A DNA stretch of 64,000 nt from an uncultured Planctomycetaceae bacterium (GTDB lineage: Bacteria > Planctomycetota > Planctomycetia > Planctomycetales > Planctomycetaceae). Made by a program: the position numbers and the translations under genes. The DNA lies in contig CAWFAK010000005.1 in NCBI GenBank assembly GCA_963813715.1, positions 992,001 through 1,056,000 of the forward strand. Reading direction: 5' to 3'. Each line of letters opens with the position of its first letter. Positions within the stretch are counted from its first letter, which is position 1. Positions 32,976 to 46,778 of the stretch are shown piece by piece. The notes under the pieces are model-generated. The model had not been told where the DNA came from. It saw only the letters and a list, made by a program, of their open reading frames with translations, and searched no databases.

Positions 32976-33959
32976 TTAGGCACCGACCTTCTTCACGCTG
33001 CGTTTGAAAATGACTTCTTTCAAATCCGGAAGGCGAACGCCCCCGGCCGTGCGGTCGGTCGATTTCAAGGAGAGCGTGTCGTCGTCCAACTTTTGAAAGA
33101 CCTTGACGGCCGTCGTCTTCGTCCCGTCGCCCAGGACGCCCGAAGACTGCGACCACCAGCCGTTCGCGATCGGCTTCCAAGTGTCTTTGGCGTAACCCGA
33201 GTCGGACGAGAAATTCCACGAGGTCAGCTGCTGCGTTTCGGGATCCCAGCCGATGATCTGCGTGCCCGACGACGCGGGAAGTCCGTCGTTGATCACCTGG
33301 TAGGTGCGTTCGACAAAGCTCTTGTTCTTCAGCCAGCGGCACGTGGTTTCGATCCGCGCATCGCCCTCTCCCGCGTGCCAGGTGCCGATCAGCCACTCGA
33401 AGTCGTCCAGCTTGTGATAGTTGGACGGGGTGGCAACCTTCATGTCGTGGACGGAGGACAACAGCCATTTGCCGTCTTGCAGCACGTAGATCGCCGTGTA
33501 ACGGCTGGAACCCGGCGCTCCCGCCGGAGGAGGTTGAATCATCGCCCGGCCGTCCTCGATGGCGGTCGAGTCATTGATCACGCGGACCGAGTCGGTCACG
33601 CTGCTGATCTTGGACTGCGGATTCGCGGCGAAAAACTCGGCATATTCTTTCTTGATCACGTCGCGGCCGACGTAACGCTGACCATCTTCGTCGATGTATT
33701 CGGCGTCGGCAGTCCACAGGCCGGCGATCTTGTCGGCGCTGCCGGCATTGAAGGCTTGATCGAAATCAGAAGCGGCCTTGCGGACCGCCACTTCGGCCGG
33801 AGAGGGAGCTTTGGCGGAAGCAGCTTCTTTAAAAGGTGCCGCGGCCGGAGATTCAACTTTGGTTGGCGGCGGTTCCTTGGCGGGCTCGCCAGCATTAACA
33901 AGGTTGGCTAACGCGAGAACAAATGCGCCCCGCGCGATCATCGAGAATGGACGTTTCAT
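32976..33959 (-). CDS. SgcJ/EcaC (DUF4440, NTF2-like) family secreted protein
   Basis: Signal peptide; FDQAFNAGSADKIAGLWTADAEYIDEDG...AIEDG...YTAIYVLQDGKWLL; second domain LDDFEWLIGTW...GTQIIGWDP. Confidence 0.85.
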   Translation of the reverse strand: MKRPFSMIARGAFVLALANLVNAGEPAKEPPPTKVESPAAAPFKEAASAKAPSPAEVAVRKAASDFDQAFNAGSADKIAGLWTADAEYIDEDGQRYVGRDVIKKEYAEFFAANPQSKISSVTDSVRVINDSTAIEDGRAMIQPPPAGAPGSSRYTAIYVLQDGKWLLSSVHDMKVATPSNYHKLDDFEWLIGTWHAGEGDARIETTCRWLKNKSFVERTYQVINDGLPASSGTQIIGWDPETQQLTSWNFSSDSGYAKDTWKPIANGWWSQSSGVLGDGTKTTAVKVFQKLDDDTLSLKSTDRTAGGVRLPDLKEVIFKRSVKKVGA

Positions 33960-34107
33960 GATTTGGATTCCAAAAACGCGGTTCAATTGACGGACATTGC
34001 GAATTTCATCAGGCACTTGGAAATCCATTTCCATCCGAGGGGCAACTTGCCCCGCTTCCTCGCTCCCGCTCACAGACTTGTTGATCTTCACGTGTTGCAA
34101 GGCCGAC

Positions 34108-35523
34108 TCACTTCGCCTGAGCGATCCCAGGCGGCTGCCACGACCCTTCGCCCGGCGGAAGGATCGACGGCGGCGTTTCCTTCGGCCAGTAGAGGCGCAT
34201 GACGAGATAAATCGGGCCGTTCGGCGCGGGCAGCCAGTTGGAGTCCTTGTCGGCACCCGGCGAATCCTTCTGGATGTAAAGGGTCAGCGAGCCGTCGCCG
34301 TTTTTCTTCATGCCGGGCAGCATGGGCGAGTTGATCAGATAACGGTTGATCGGATTTTCGATCAGCAATTGCGTCTGGCCGTCATACATCGTGACCGACC
34401 AGAAGGCGTTGACGGGCGGGAACTGGTCCGCCGCAAAGGTGAGCGTGTAGTTGGACTTGCTGCCGTCAAGCACGGCGCCATCAGCCAGCGTCTTGGTCAG
34501 GGGGTACATGGCTTCGACAGCATCGTTGCCGTAGATGCCTCCCTTGGCGGCGGCGGCTCGCTTCAACCAATTGCCGTTGAAGAAATCGCGGTCACCGAAG
34601 AACGAACCAATTTTCCAGCCGTTGACGTTCTTCACTCCGTTGGCGATGTACTGCTCGATCTTTGCTTCGCCGTCCTTCATGCCCAATGCAAATTGTTCTT
34701 GTTGTTCGGGAGAGAGGTCCTTGAAGGCGAAGTGTTTTCCCGCACCGATGCCGAGGCGGGCGAGCTTGGCGCGGATTTCCTTTTCCTCGGGGCCGGCCGG
34801 GGCGAACTGCAAGGCGAAGTCGAGGTACTCAAAGAAGCCGGTCTTGACCAGTTCCTTGTCGATCTTCGGGAAATTGATCTCGGGTGCCGCCGGCGGGGCC
34901 TGCTGTTTGAGATAGGTCGAAAGCGGCTGGCCTTTGTAGCCGGCCTGAATCTTGACCACGTTGGGCATGTCGTCCGTATTGTCTGATGAGCTGCGTGCGG
35001 TAAGCGACTAACGAGAACTGCGTGGTGGACCGAAACACTTTCTTGATGCCCGCCGGGGTTTCGCCCTTCCAATCGGGTCCGACCACCAGGTAATCGCCGG
35101 CTTCACTGCCGGTCGCTCGGCTGCCGATGTAGCCGTAGTTGAAGGTGTTCCCATCGCAGAGCATCACCGAGTAGTATCGCGGTTTTTCGACAGCAGGCAC
35201 GGAGAGCACGAACGGCTCGGCGCAGATCCAACCACAACAGGGAATAGGGCGTATCGCTGTTCGGCGTGATGATGGCCGTGTCTTTGTAGGTGAAGACACG
35301 GGCTTCGTTGTTGATCTGATTGAACGGCGCCTTGTACTGGCCCGAGTTTTTGTCCACGCAATACTCGTACATCACCGCGTAGTTCATCACGATCGGCAGG
35401 CCGTAGATGAAGCCCTCCTCGGCAATGGCTTTGGTTTCGGCGGGTGTGATGTCCGCAGCCCGGGCAGCTGTCGAGCGCCAGCGTTGCGGCGAGCGAGGCG
35501 ACGAGCGCAGTTTTTGTTTTCAT
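34108..35523 (-). CDS. DUF1254/DUF1214 domain protein; several frameshifts
   Basis: YGLPIVMNY, TPNSDTPYSLLWLDL, GYIGSRATG, GIYGNDAVEAMYP, PPVNAFWSVTMYD, NWLPAPNG, MRLYWP. Confidence 0.9.
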
Positions 35524-35560
35524 GCCGGTTTTCCGTTCGGTTTTGTCGCGGTGCTACGTT

Positions 35561-35965
35561 TCACGATTTGGAATTCAAAAGAGAAAGGTTCGTAGAACTG
35601 TGCCGCAGGCAGGCGACACACCAGACACTCATCAGCGAGTGAAGAACCACGGCCGGCCAGAGCGCGACGCCGGAGAGTCCGTTGCGAAGGGCGGCGAAAG
35701 CGAGGAGGGCAGCAACGAGGACGTCGTAAACCAACATTGCGGCAACCAATCCGGTCGCCGCGCGACTCTGCGCGTCGGCTCGCGCCAGCCAGCAGGCAAT
35801 ACCCAAAGCCAGCAGCGCCGCCCCGCAGACACGAGCCACAGTCAGCGCGGCGGGTTCCTCCAGTCGTGCGCCGACGAGGAGCGCCACCGCTACCGAAGGG
35901 TAGCTCAGGAGCGCCAGCCCGGCTCCCAGTTCGATCAGCGCACTGGCGATTTGCAGGATTTTCAT
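35561..35965 (-). CDS. four-TM membrane hypothetical protein
   Basis: MKILQIASALIELGAGLALL...LWPAVVLH; four hydrophobic segments. Confidence 0.7.
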   Translation of the reverse strand: MKILQIASALIELGAGLALLSYPSVAVALLVGARLEEPAALTVARVCGAALLALGIACWLARADAQSRAATGLVAAMLVYDVLVAALLAFAALRNGLSGVALWPAVVLHSLMSVWCVACLRHSSTNLSLLNSKS

Positions 35966-36100
35966 CGAGGAACAACTGCTCAAGCACAAACACTCAGCGG
36001 AACAAACCTTGTCACTGGCCCCGAAGACTAAGGTTGGTCGACCTTTCCGGATCTGTCCGGCACGAGGAGCCTTGGTCGGCCCTTTTTCAGCCATCGCGCT

Positions 36101-36143
36101 GAAAAAGAAGGGGCGAGCGGCGCGAAAGGGGACCGCCCGCCCC
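36101..36143 (-). terminator. intrinsic terminator-like hairpin after the sulfatase
   Basis: GGGGCGAGCGG...CCGCCCGCCCC stem with a U-rich tail (TTCTTTTTC) on the minus strand. Confidence 0.55.
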
Positions 36144-36157
36144 GAGATTCGTTCCAG

Positions 36158-38023
<1,866 letters not shown>

Positions 38024-38130
38024 GCTGCCTCTCCGGTAGGAAAAGTTGAAAACCTGCGGGCGGGAAGCGGTCCGCCTCGATCTCGACTCCATTCCGCGAT
38101 GTTTTTCTCTTTGGTTCGATTGCACTCTCG

Positions 38131-38892
38131 TTACTGGCCAAGCTGTGCCAGCGCGTTGCGAAGCGGCGTGCTCGAAATCTGGATCAGACCGTCAAAGGCT
38201 TGGTCCAAATCCACGATCAGGAACATGGCGCCGGCAACCGACAGCGCACAGACCAAGAGCGTGATGATGACAGTGGGATTCCACGGTGAGAACAGGCCGA
38301 AGCTCGTAAACAGCACCGTGAGCCAGAACACGACGACGATGAGGAACGGCCGCGGTATCGCGCTCTCGTCTTCCTGTGTCAGCAGCAAGCGCGTTCGGGC
38401 GAGATCGGTACAAATCTGCAGGCATTGGGACTGCAGCGAGCGCTGGGCGTCAGTTTTCGGTGACAAGTCGCGGACGCGCTCATAGACCGTTGCGCCACTC
38501 GCCGTAATGGCGTGCGCGCCCAATCCTACAGACTGGGAAGCATCCGCGGGCCAAAGCCGCTCGAGCGACGATTCGACCAGACTGTGGAGCGCGGCCCGGG
38601 CTTCTTTCGTTTCGGGTCCGTAGCGGGCCAGCATTCGGTCGAGCAGGATCAGATTGGCCGACAACTGCTGAAAGCCGGTCCGCTGCGCATCGAATGAGCT
38701 CTTGGCGGAAGCGATCAAGAGGCCCAGAACCAGCGCGGACAGCGTGGCGATCAGGCCTGTGCCCAGCTTGACGACCTCTTTGGTCTCGGCGGTGAGATGA
38801 CGCTCGGGCAGCAGGGCGCGCAGCGTCATCCCGACCAGCGCACCACCAAAGGTGCACGCGAAAACAATCGCTCCGACTTCCATCGACCCCAC
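38131..38892 (-). CDS. DUF4239 (bestrophin-like) membrane protein
   Basis: GLIATLSALVLGLLIASAKSSFD...LDRMLARYGPE...LIVDLDQAFDGLIQIS. Confidence 0.8.
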   Translation of the reverse strand: MGSMEVGAIVFACTFGGALVGMTLRALLPERHLTAETKEVVKLGTGLIATLSALVLGLLIASAKSSFDAQRTGFQQLSANLILLDRMLARYGPETKEARAALHSLVESSLERLWPADASQSVGLGAHAITASGATVYERVRDLSPKTDAQRSLQSQCLQICTDLARTRLLLTQEDESAIPRPFLIVVVFWLTVLFTSFGLFSPWNPTVIITLLVCALSVAGAMFLIVDLDQAFDGLIQISSTPLRNALAQLGQ

Positions 38893-39899
38893 AAAGAACC
38901 CTTTGATGCGTGGCCCGGCAGACCTTGATGTGTTGCCCGCGCCGCGCGACGCCTCGCGTCATCCCGCGAGTGCTGGGGCACGCTAACACACCCCAACTCG
39001 GAGAGATCACTGGTAGAACTGGCAGTCAGCAGCGGGAAAAGTATCAGCACCGATCGGATTCGGTGCGGAAAAGACGATTCCTCTAGCGACCGTTCGCGCA
39101 GATTTTCCGCAGACTGATGGAGGGCGGCCGCTCGAATCCGGCCAGTTCAAACTGACCCGCACCGCGCAGCAGGCGGCGGTGGCTCGGCTGCACCAAACTT
39201 TCAAGTGGCGTGAACTCGCTGCGATACTCCGTCGTCAACGAATCCACCCGATGATCGCGGAGTCGTTCCGCGATTCGATCACAACAAGCCGCTGCCTCGG
39301 AAAGTCGACAAGGGCTACGAAGTCAGCAAGACTTAACTCATCCACGCGCCAAGACATCGGGCGTGCAGCGAGAAAATGAGAAGCGACTGAAGAGAGAGGC
39401 TGTCACTGCCAGAAACGCTCGCCGTTCATCAGCGAGCGACCACAGTCTGACCGCGCACTGTGCCAAAGTCAACCGGGCGATCCGGGAGCTTGGTGTCCTC
39501 TGCGCCGATTGATGGCGCGGACGCCTTCCCGCGATGCGCTGAATTTCTTGAACGAGCCTATTGTCAGCTCGCGCTGAGCTTTCTCAATCCGGTGCCGCCG
39601 CGGAGGACAATCTGCGGGCAACGGCTGGCAGATAGGGAAGGGAAATCTCCGGAGCATTGGCCAGCAACATCGCGTGCTGGGCGGCGCGCAAGACTTGGCG
39701 ACTCACATCGTCTGAACCGCAGGGCGGCGAGGTCAAGGTTTTTAACTTTTGGCGGCGATCGCATCTCGCAGTCTGGCCGGGTGACTGTCGCCGAGCGAAG
39801 CTCGCTGGCAGTCGCCGTGCCGTTGCGCTATGCTCAGGCTGCTTCCTTCCTCGCCACGACCTGCCTCCTGCCCCTTGGCCCACCCGCAGGATCTGCTGA

Positions 39900-41286
39900 A
39901 TGTTGCAGATCGGCTCTGACCGCCTCTCGCGGCGCAACTTTTTGAACGTCGGCAGCCTGGCATTGGGCGGCCTGACTTTGCCGCAGCTCTTGAACGCGCG
40001 GGTCGAAGCGGCCAGTCAGAGACTGCCAATCACCGACAAGTCGGTCGTGTTCGTCTTCATGCAGGGGGGGCCGAGCCAGATCGAGACGTTCGATCCCAAA
40101 ATGACGGCTCCGGCCGGCATTCGTAGCGCCAACGGCGAGATCGCCACGTCGCTGCCAGGGATCACCTTCGGGTCGGCATTTCCCCAACTGGCCGCGAGGG
40201 CGCACGAAATCGCGATCGTGCGGTCGTTCACGACCGGCGATGCCAATCACGACATCAAGCCGATTGTTTGCAAGGCCACCGGCGGGGCAAATCTGGGCTC
40301 GCTCTATTCGCGCGTGGCCGGCACGAATCGCCCCGTAACCGGGATGCCGACGAACGTCGCCGTCTATCCGCAGGCCGTCGATTCTTCCACGCGGCCGCCG
40401 TTCAAGACGTTCGGCGACTTTGAATCAACGGGCAGCCTGGGGAGCGCCTTCTCCCCCTTCGCTCCGAGCGGCGGCGGAGATTCTCAAGGCCGATCTACGG
40501 CTCGGACTGCCCCTGTCGCGGCTCGACGATCGACGGCACCTGCTGGCCGGGCTCGATCGCATTCGCCGCTCGATCGATTCGGCCGGACTGATGGCGGGCG
40601 TCGACAGTCTCCGCCAGCAGGCGTTCGACACGGTCATCGGCGGCGTAGCCGACGCCTTCAACCTGGCGAAAGAGTCGCCCGCGACACTTGCCCGTTACGA
40701 CACGGCCCCGCTCATGCGGCCGCATCACATCGATCCCAAGTGGCACAACCACCTGCTCTATGAAGACAACGCCAAGTCCCTCGGCAAGCTGATGTTGCTA
40801 GCTCGACGGCTGTGCGAGCGCGGCTGCGGCTTCGTGACGGTGACCACGAATTTCGTCTGGGACATGCACGCCGACATCAATAACGCGGGCATGGAAGAAG
40901 GCATGCGCTACCTCGGCTTGCCGTTCGATCACGCGATCTCGACCTTCCTGGACGACGTGGCCGAACGCGGGCTGGGCGATAAAATCCTGCTCGTCTGCTG
41001 CGGGGAGATGGGGCGGACCCCGCGGATCAACTTCAATGGCGGCCGCGATCATTGGGGTAATCTGGCGCCGCTCCTCTTGGCCGGCGGCGGCTTGAATCGC
41101 GGCCACGTGATCGGCCAGTCGACGCGAGACGCGGGCCAACCGCTCAGCGAGCCGGTCACCATTCCGCACCTGGTGTCGACGGTCCTGCATTCGGTGCTCG
41201 ACGTCGGCGAACTCCGCGTGGCGCGCGGCATTCCCCGCGACGTGTTGAAGGCGGCGACCGGCGATCCGATTCCCGGGCTGGTCTAA
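39900..41286 (+). CDS. DUF1501 domain protein with a Tat-like signal; frameshift near 40480
   Basis: LSRRNFL, FMQGGPSQIETFDPK, LLARRLCERG, WDMH, GEMGRTP, GRDHW. Confidence 0.93.
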
Positions 41287-41295
41287 GCCGACGGG

Positions 41296-42561
41296 CTACT
41301 TCAGGTTCTCGTAAAACCGCACGTAATCGGATTCGAGCGTCCTCAAGTTGCCGAAGGCCCGGCGGAAATCGGCGAGGCGCTCTTTTTCCGAATAGACCAA
41401 GAGCGGATTGCGGCCGGCGAGCGACTTCAGGTAACGGCCGTAAGAGCCGTGCCGCGTTTCGGCCAGGAAGAACGTCAGGGCCCAGCCCTCGGCGTAGGCG
41501 TCAAGCGTGGCAGAGGCGTACGGGTCGTCGCTCGCGATGAAGTCCGGCAGCGAGTGCGGCCGGCGGCGCGACTTGAGGTAGTTCTCGAACCACAGATAGC
41601 GATTGCGGTTGATCCGCGTCATTGCGGAGGCGCTCTTCGAGTCGTGGATGCCTGGTGCCTCGAACATGGTCGCCATCCCTTCGACCACCCATTTGGGCGT
41701 TTGCGCGATCCGTGAGTGCAGCCCCGTGTTGAACGCGACCTGGTGCGTCGTCTCGTGCACGATCGTGCTGTGCAAGTCGCCCTCGATCGTGCCGTCGAAT
41801 CGCACGCGGGTCGGACCGTGATCGGGCTCCGCCTGGCTGCCGCCGGGTAAGAGTGTCTGCGATTCGTCGCCCCGATCGAAGGCGGTGCCCAACGATTCGA
41901 CGCGCTGCGGCCGGGCGGCGGCCATCCCCGGATCGTCCTGATCGAACAAGGCGATGCGGTTGGTCAGCCGCATGTAGTACCCCAGCATGCCGGCGGGCGG
42001 TTCGAGCTTGTCGTGGCGGCAGTACCGCACGAACGCCTCTCGATCGGGAAAGACGATCACCACCAGCGGAAACTCCGGCTCGCTGATCTTGAAGCCGCGG
42101 ACCGAGAAGTAGCGGCGGAAGATGCGATAGGTGTCCTCGCAGATTTCACCGATATGCCGGTTGTTGTGTTCCGCGCAAATCAGGAAGTGTCCGGTTCCCT
42201 CGATGCGGAACGACTTGGGCATTTCGCGGCGAAGGTGATCTCGCAACTCGGCGGATCGAGAACTCGTGGAAATGGTCCTCGACGGTGCGGACGGCTTCGA
42301 GCTGTCGGATCTCGAACGCTCGCAGCTGGCCGTCGCGCCCATCAGCCAGCAGGCATCGTGCCCTTTCGCCTCGAGTCGGCCTTCATAGTGCTTGCCGTTT
42401 TGCGTCAATTCCAACAGGCTGGGCGTGGCCGCGACGACCGGCCGCACGCCGAGACCGATCGCCACCGCGCAGAGCAGGCCGCGAAGCGTTCCGCTCCCGC
42501 CGCGGAAGAAACGCGGAAGATCAGCGGAACGCGGGAGAGAACCGAGCCCGACCGCAAACAT
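41296..42561 (-). CDS. DUF1570 domain putative zinc metallopeptidase
   Basis: TIVHETTHQVAFNTG (HExxH), PKWVVEGMA, AYAEGWALTFFL. Start uncertain; compensating frameshifts near 42250-42340. Confidence 0.85.
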   Translation of the reverse strand: MFAVGLGSLPRSADLPRFFRGGSGTLRGLLCAVAIGLGVRPVVAATPSLLELTQNGKHYEGRLEAKGHDACWLMGATASCERSRSDSSKPSAPSRTISTSSRSAELRDHLRREMPKSFRIEGTGHFLICAEHNNRHIGEICEDTYRIFRRYFSVRGFKISEPEFPLVVIVFPDREAFVRYCRHDKLEPPAGMLGYYMRLTNRIALFDQDDPGMAAARPQRVESLGTAFDRGDESQTLLPGGSQAEPDHGPTRVRFDGTIEGDLHSTIVHETTHQVAFNTGLHSRIAQTPKWVVEGMATMFEAPGIHDSKSASAMTRINRNRYLWFENYLKSRRRPHSLPDFIASDDPYASATLDAYAEGWALTFFLAETRHGSYGRYLKSLAGRNPLLVYSEKERLADFRRAFGNLRTLESDYVRFYENLK

Positions 42562-42739
42562 GTCAAACGCGGCGCATGGCTGCCCCTCGAACACAAAGCA
42601 CATCGGCCACTGCAAATATAGGTCTCTGCAAAGGGGCCGTCGGACGCGGGGCGTGTCTGTTGCGTTTCGGCAACGTAAACTGAAAGGTGGCGACGGGCCT
42701 CGCTCTCGCGGTCAGCTTTCGTCGCCGCGGAGTCTGCCG

Positions 42740-44140
42740 ATGGGGTCCGTTCGGGGCGATTATTCCGGATTGCGGTGGCGGTCCTGCCACCTGCTGGCGC
42801 TTGGGCTGCTCGTGGCCCTCTTCGGTCGGGCAAACGCCGACGATCGCCCGGCCGTGGCTAATCCGCAGACGGCGCGCGAAGTCGCCCGCCTGATCGGTCA
42901 GCTCGACGCGGACTCGCGGGCCGAACGTGGCAAGGCTCGGGATGCGCTCGTGGCTCTGGGGCCGGCTATTCTGCCGCTCTTGCCCGACGATCGACAGGTG
43001 CCCAGCGCCGCCGCGCGACAGCGCTGGCCGAAATTCGCGCGCGTCTACAACACGAATCGGCCGTCGACTCCCTGCGTCCCTCGCGAGTGACGCTTAAAGG
43101 CACCTTCGCGCTGCGGGACGTGCTTGCCACAATCGCGACTCAAACCGGCAACGGCTTCGACACGAGCGGACTGGATGCCGAGTTGCTGTCGCGTCCGGTT
43201 GCCGTTGATTTCCAGTCGCGCACCTTTTGGAGCGCCTGCGATCAGCTCGGGACGACGGCCCGCTTCAGCTTTGGGGCCGTTCGCAAAGGCCGTTTGCAGT
43301 TGGTCCGCGTGCCGCGGAACTCGGTGGCTCTGCCGTTGGCCGTCGCCGATGACGGCGCGTTTCGCGTTGCCGTTTTGTCCGCGAAGATTCGGCCGTCCGC
43401 CATCAGCCAGACGCTCTTCGCGCTGCGAATCGGTTGGAGCCTGCAGGCCGAGCCTCGCCTGCGGCCGCTGTTTGCCAGCATTGCGGGGCGCGATCTCTCG
43501 GTCGAGGCAGGTCGAGCCGGGCGATGCTTCCGGTGCTGCGCGGCCGTCGCTCAGCCTGCGGCCGATCAGCCCGGCCGCGAAGCTGGAACTCTCGATGGAG
43601 GAGGGACAGGAGCCACTCGAGCTCAACTCGGATTTCGAGTGGCCGGCCACGCCGAAGCGGCTCAGCCTCACGCTAAGCGGTTCGTTCGCGGTCGAAATGG
43701 CGGCTGCCCCAGAACGTTTCGTCTTCGACGATTTGGTTGCCGTGAATCCACCAGCCAAACGGATCGGCGGCGTCTCCGTCCGCTTGAGGCACGTCGAGCC
43801 GCCGGCCGGCGGAAATGAGACCGCAGCGCGCGTCGATCTGAGCGTGGTGTACGACCAGCAGGGGCCTGCCTTTGAATCGTATCGGACGTGGATGTATCAC
43901 AACGACATCTGGCTCGAAACCAAAAGCGGCCGCCGCATCATGCCCGAGCGACTCGTGGCGACGCAGACGGAAGCTGACGGGGCGCGCACGGTCGAGTACA
44001 ATTTTGCCGGCGTGACGGGAACTCTCGCCGACTATCGGCTGGTGTACATCGCACCGACGCTGATCACGCAGGCTCCCGTCCGGTTTCAGCTCAAAAACAT
44101 TCCGACCACTCGTGCCGGTCAACAAGGAACTTCGCCATGA
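42740..44140 (+). CDS. secreted hypothetical protein (HEAT-like N-terminus); frameshifts near 43015-43080 and 43520
   Basis: Signal peptide, VARLIGQLDADSRAER...LVALGP; later WSLQAEPRLRPL, AFESYRTW. Three ORF pieces are joined; ATGA overlap with the DinB gene. Confidence 0.65.
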
Positions 44141-44628
44141 ACGCTCGCGACGCCGTGAAGTCGACGTACGCTTTGCCCGATCAGCTTTGCCGCGGGTATC
44201 TCGACGGCCTGACCGATGCCGACTTGCTCGTGCGTCCCGTGCCCAAGGCCAACCACATCGCCTGGCAACTCGGACACTTGATCACGTCGGAGCATGAATT
44301 TGTCGAAGGGCTCTGTCCCGGCCTGGCCCCACCCCTGCCCGCCGGCTTTGCCGCCAAACACAAGAAAGAAACGGCCGAGAGCGACAATCCGAAGGACTTC
44401 TGCACGAAGGACGAGTACCTCAAGCTCTACGATCAAATGCGGGCGGCGAGCCTGAAGATGGTCGACACGGTGAGCGAGAGCGACTACGACAAGCCCGCTC
44501 CGGAGAAATTCCGCAGTTACTGTCCGACCGTGGCTGCGGTGTTGCTCTTGGTGCCCTCCCACTGGCTGATGCACGCGGGCCAATGGGCGATCGTCCGCCG
44601 CAAGCTCGGCAAGCCGCCGTTGTTCTAA
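44137..44628 (+). CDS. DinB family protein
   Basis: NHIAWQLGHL ... HWLMHAGQ metal-binding His triad. Confidence 0.9.
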   Translation: MNARDAVKSTYALPDQLCRGYLDGLTDADLLVRPVPKANHIAWQLGHLITSEHEFVEGLCPGLAPPLPAGFAAKHKKETAESDNPKDFCTKDEYLKLYDQMRAASLKMVDTVSESDYDKPAPEKFRSYCPTVAAVLLLVPSHWLMHAGQWAIVRRKLGKPPLF

Positions 44629-44691
44629 GGCGGAATGGCGATCGTCGTCCTGCGGCCAAATCGCCTTTGTCATTCTCCAGGTGATCGTCTT

Positions 44692-45057
44692 ATGCCGACG
44701 TTGATCGACAAACCCGTGTCCATCCAGGCGGCCGGCGATCCGCCGAAACAGATCACGGAATTCGTGGGCCGGGTGGCGACGCAAGAGACGGGCGTCAGCG
44801 TGGCGCGGATGGTGTCGCCCGCCGGCTGGAAGGAGCCGGGCCAGCGGCCGGAGTTCCGAGAGGTCACCGTCGTGTTGCGCGGTTGCGTCCGCGTCGAGCA
44901 CGAAGCGGGTGTACTGGAGGTGCGGGCCGGCCAGGCCCTCGTCACGCACCCGGGTGAATGGATCCGCTACAGCACCCCGGAGCCGGGCGGAGCCGAATAT
45001 GTCGCCGTCTGCCTGCCCGCCTTCTCGCCGCAGACCGTCCACCGCGACCCGTCGTAA
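44692..45057 (+). CDS. cupin domain protein
   Basis: PKQITEFVGRV...SPAGWKEPGQRPEFREVTVVLRG...GEWIRYSTP...CLPAFSP. Confidence 0.85.
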   Translation: MPTLIDKPVSIQAAGDPPKQITEFVGRVATQETGVSVARMVSPAGWKEPGQRPEFREVTVVLRGCVRVEHEAGVLEVRAGQALVTHPGEWIRYSTPEPGGAEYVAVCLPAFSPQTVHRDPS

Positions 45058-45103
45058 CAGCGGCTTCGCAGCTCGGTACGCGCAAGCAAGGCCGCCCGCC
45101 GCG

Positions 45104-46340
45104 CTACACGACGTCCGTTTCCGCCGCCGTCCAAGTCCCCGAGCCTGAGATAGTTACGCCGGGGCCGGCGTTGGGGGCGAAGATGGTCCAGGTGCCGCTG
45201 AGGACGTTTCCGTTGGCCGTTGGTACGCCTGTGCCGGAGAAGGCGAACGTCACCGGCGTCTGGTTTTCGAGGAAGGTGGCCAAGCCGTTGATGTTGCCGT
45301 CGCCACCGGCGGTCCCGTTGCCGAATCCCGAAACGTCGTTGAGGAACACGATGACGGACCCGCCGAAGATCTGAATGTTGATCGAGCTGCCGGCGATCGG
45401 ACTGTCGGTGATGGTGCCGTTGTCATCGACGGTCGCATTACCGGTGACCGTTCCCGCGTAGACGCCGTCGAGGTCCAGCACGCTTTCCAAGGTCCAGGTG
45501 CCTCGGCCCGTGACGAAGATGCCGCCCGGCAGATTGGCCCGGAAAGTCCAGACGCCGCTGCCGTTGACACCGTCGACACCGCGCGACGCCGGGCCGTTGG
45601 CGGTGACGGTAATCGTCACGCCATCCTCGACGAAGGTGACTGTGCTATTGATGCGTCCGTTGACGTCGATCGTTCCGCCCGGCGACGTCACGCCGGACGA
45701 ACTGGAGAAACTGCTCGAAACGACGCCGTTGGTGATCGCCGCCGAGAAGGTCCCGGGAGTGATCGGCGTGGTTGTCGTCGATCCGTTTTGCGTAACGGTC
45801 ACCGCTCCCTGGTACGTGCCGCTGTACGGTCCGTCGAAGTTGCTCAACGTCTGCGGGGCGCTTGCCGACCAACTTCCGCTGCCGCTTGCGGTCACGCCGC
45901 CGCCCAAGTTCACGGAGAAGGTCCAGCTGCCGGAAGCCGCCGTCTGAATCGCGTTGACGTTGGTGATTTTTCCCGCCACCGAGATCGGCACCGTCTGGCT
46001 CTGGTATTGGGCGTTCACCGTGCCGACGATGTTTCGGTTGACGTCGACGGTGCCCGTGCCGTTGCCGACGGGCGAGGTGAAATTGATGACGCCGTTATTC
46101 GTGGTCATCGTGAACGCCGTCGCAGTGACGGGCGTTTTGGTGATCGAGCCGTTGTTATTGACGGTCACGGTGCCGCTGTACGTGCCGGTGAAGTTGCCGT
46201 TGAGAATGGCCAGTGTGGCCGACGAGAGCAGCGTTCGCTCTTCGAGATTCTCGATGGCCGGCCACGTCAACGAGTTGAGCGCGCGGGCGCGAACGAGCAC
46301 GGGGATGGGAGCGGAATAGCGCGAGCAACTGCGGAACCAT
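45104..46340 (-). CDS. planctomycete extracellular protein (LEPR-XLL-type signal) with three beta-rich ~120-aa repeats; frameshift near 46280
   Basis: MVPQLLALFRSHPRARSRPR.. then IENLEERTLLS; three repeats (L/F)(N/D)G.(F/Y).GT..G...GxWT...GxGxW(S/T). Confidence 0.8.
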
Positions 46341-46778
46341 CGTGTCACCTCCGAAGTTAGCATCCTTGAGACGGAGCAGTGCGTGGCCCGCAGAGCCGGC
46401 GGCCGATCGCTACGAAACGCTGAAAGCCGCAGCGCGAGCGCCAGACAGGTGGGATGATAGTTCGGACGAGTCGCGGTTGATAGCGGGATCACGCGGCACG
46501 CGTGCGACTGCGAAACGCGAATCCCCTGTCGTCGATGGCAAAGCACTGTCGCCGCCGCAAAAAAGCAAAATTGCGGCGGTGCGGCCTGGGCCGCGTGCGG
46601 ATCGAAGTCGCGCACTTGGCTGATCGTATTCGGGTTCCTTATCCCTGAATTATTCAGAAATCAGTCAGCAAAGATGCCGCATTCGGATGAAAGGAGTCGT
46701 GTCCTAAACTGTCGGATCTTAGTCATGGCGGCTATAAGCCCTGCATCGTTAGTTTTGAGAGGCACGTTGGAGTCAGGC

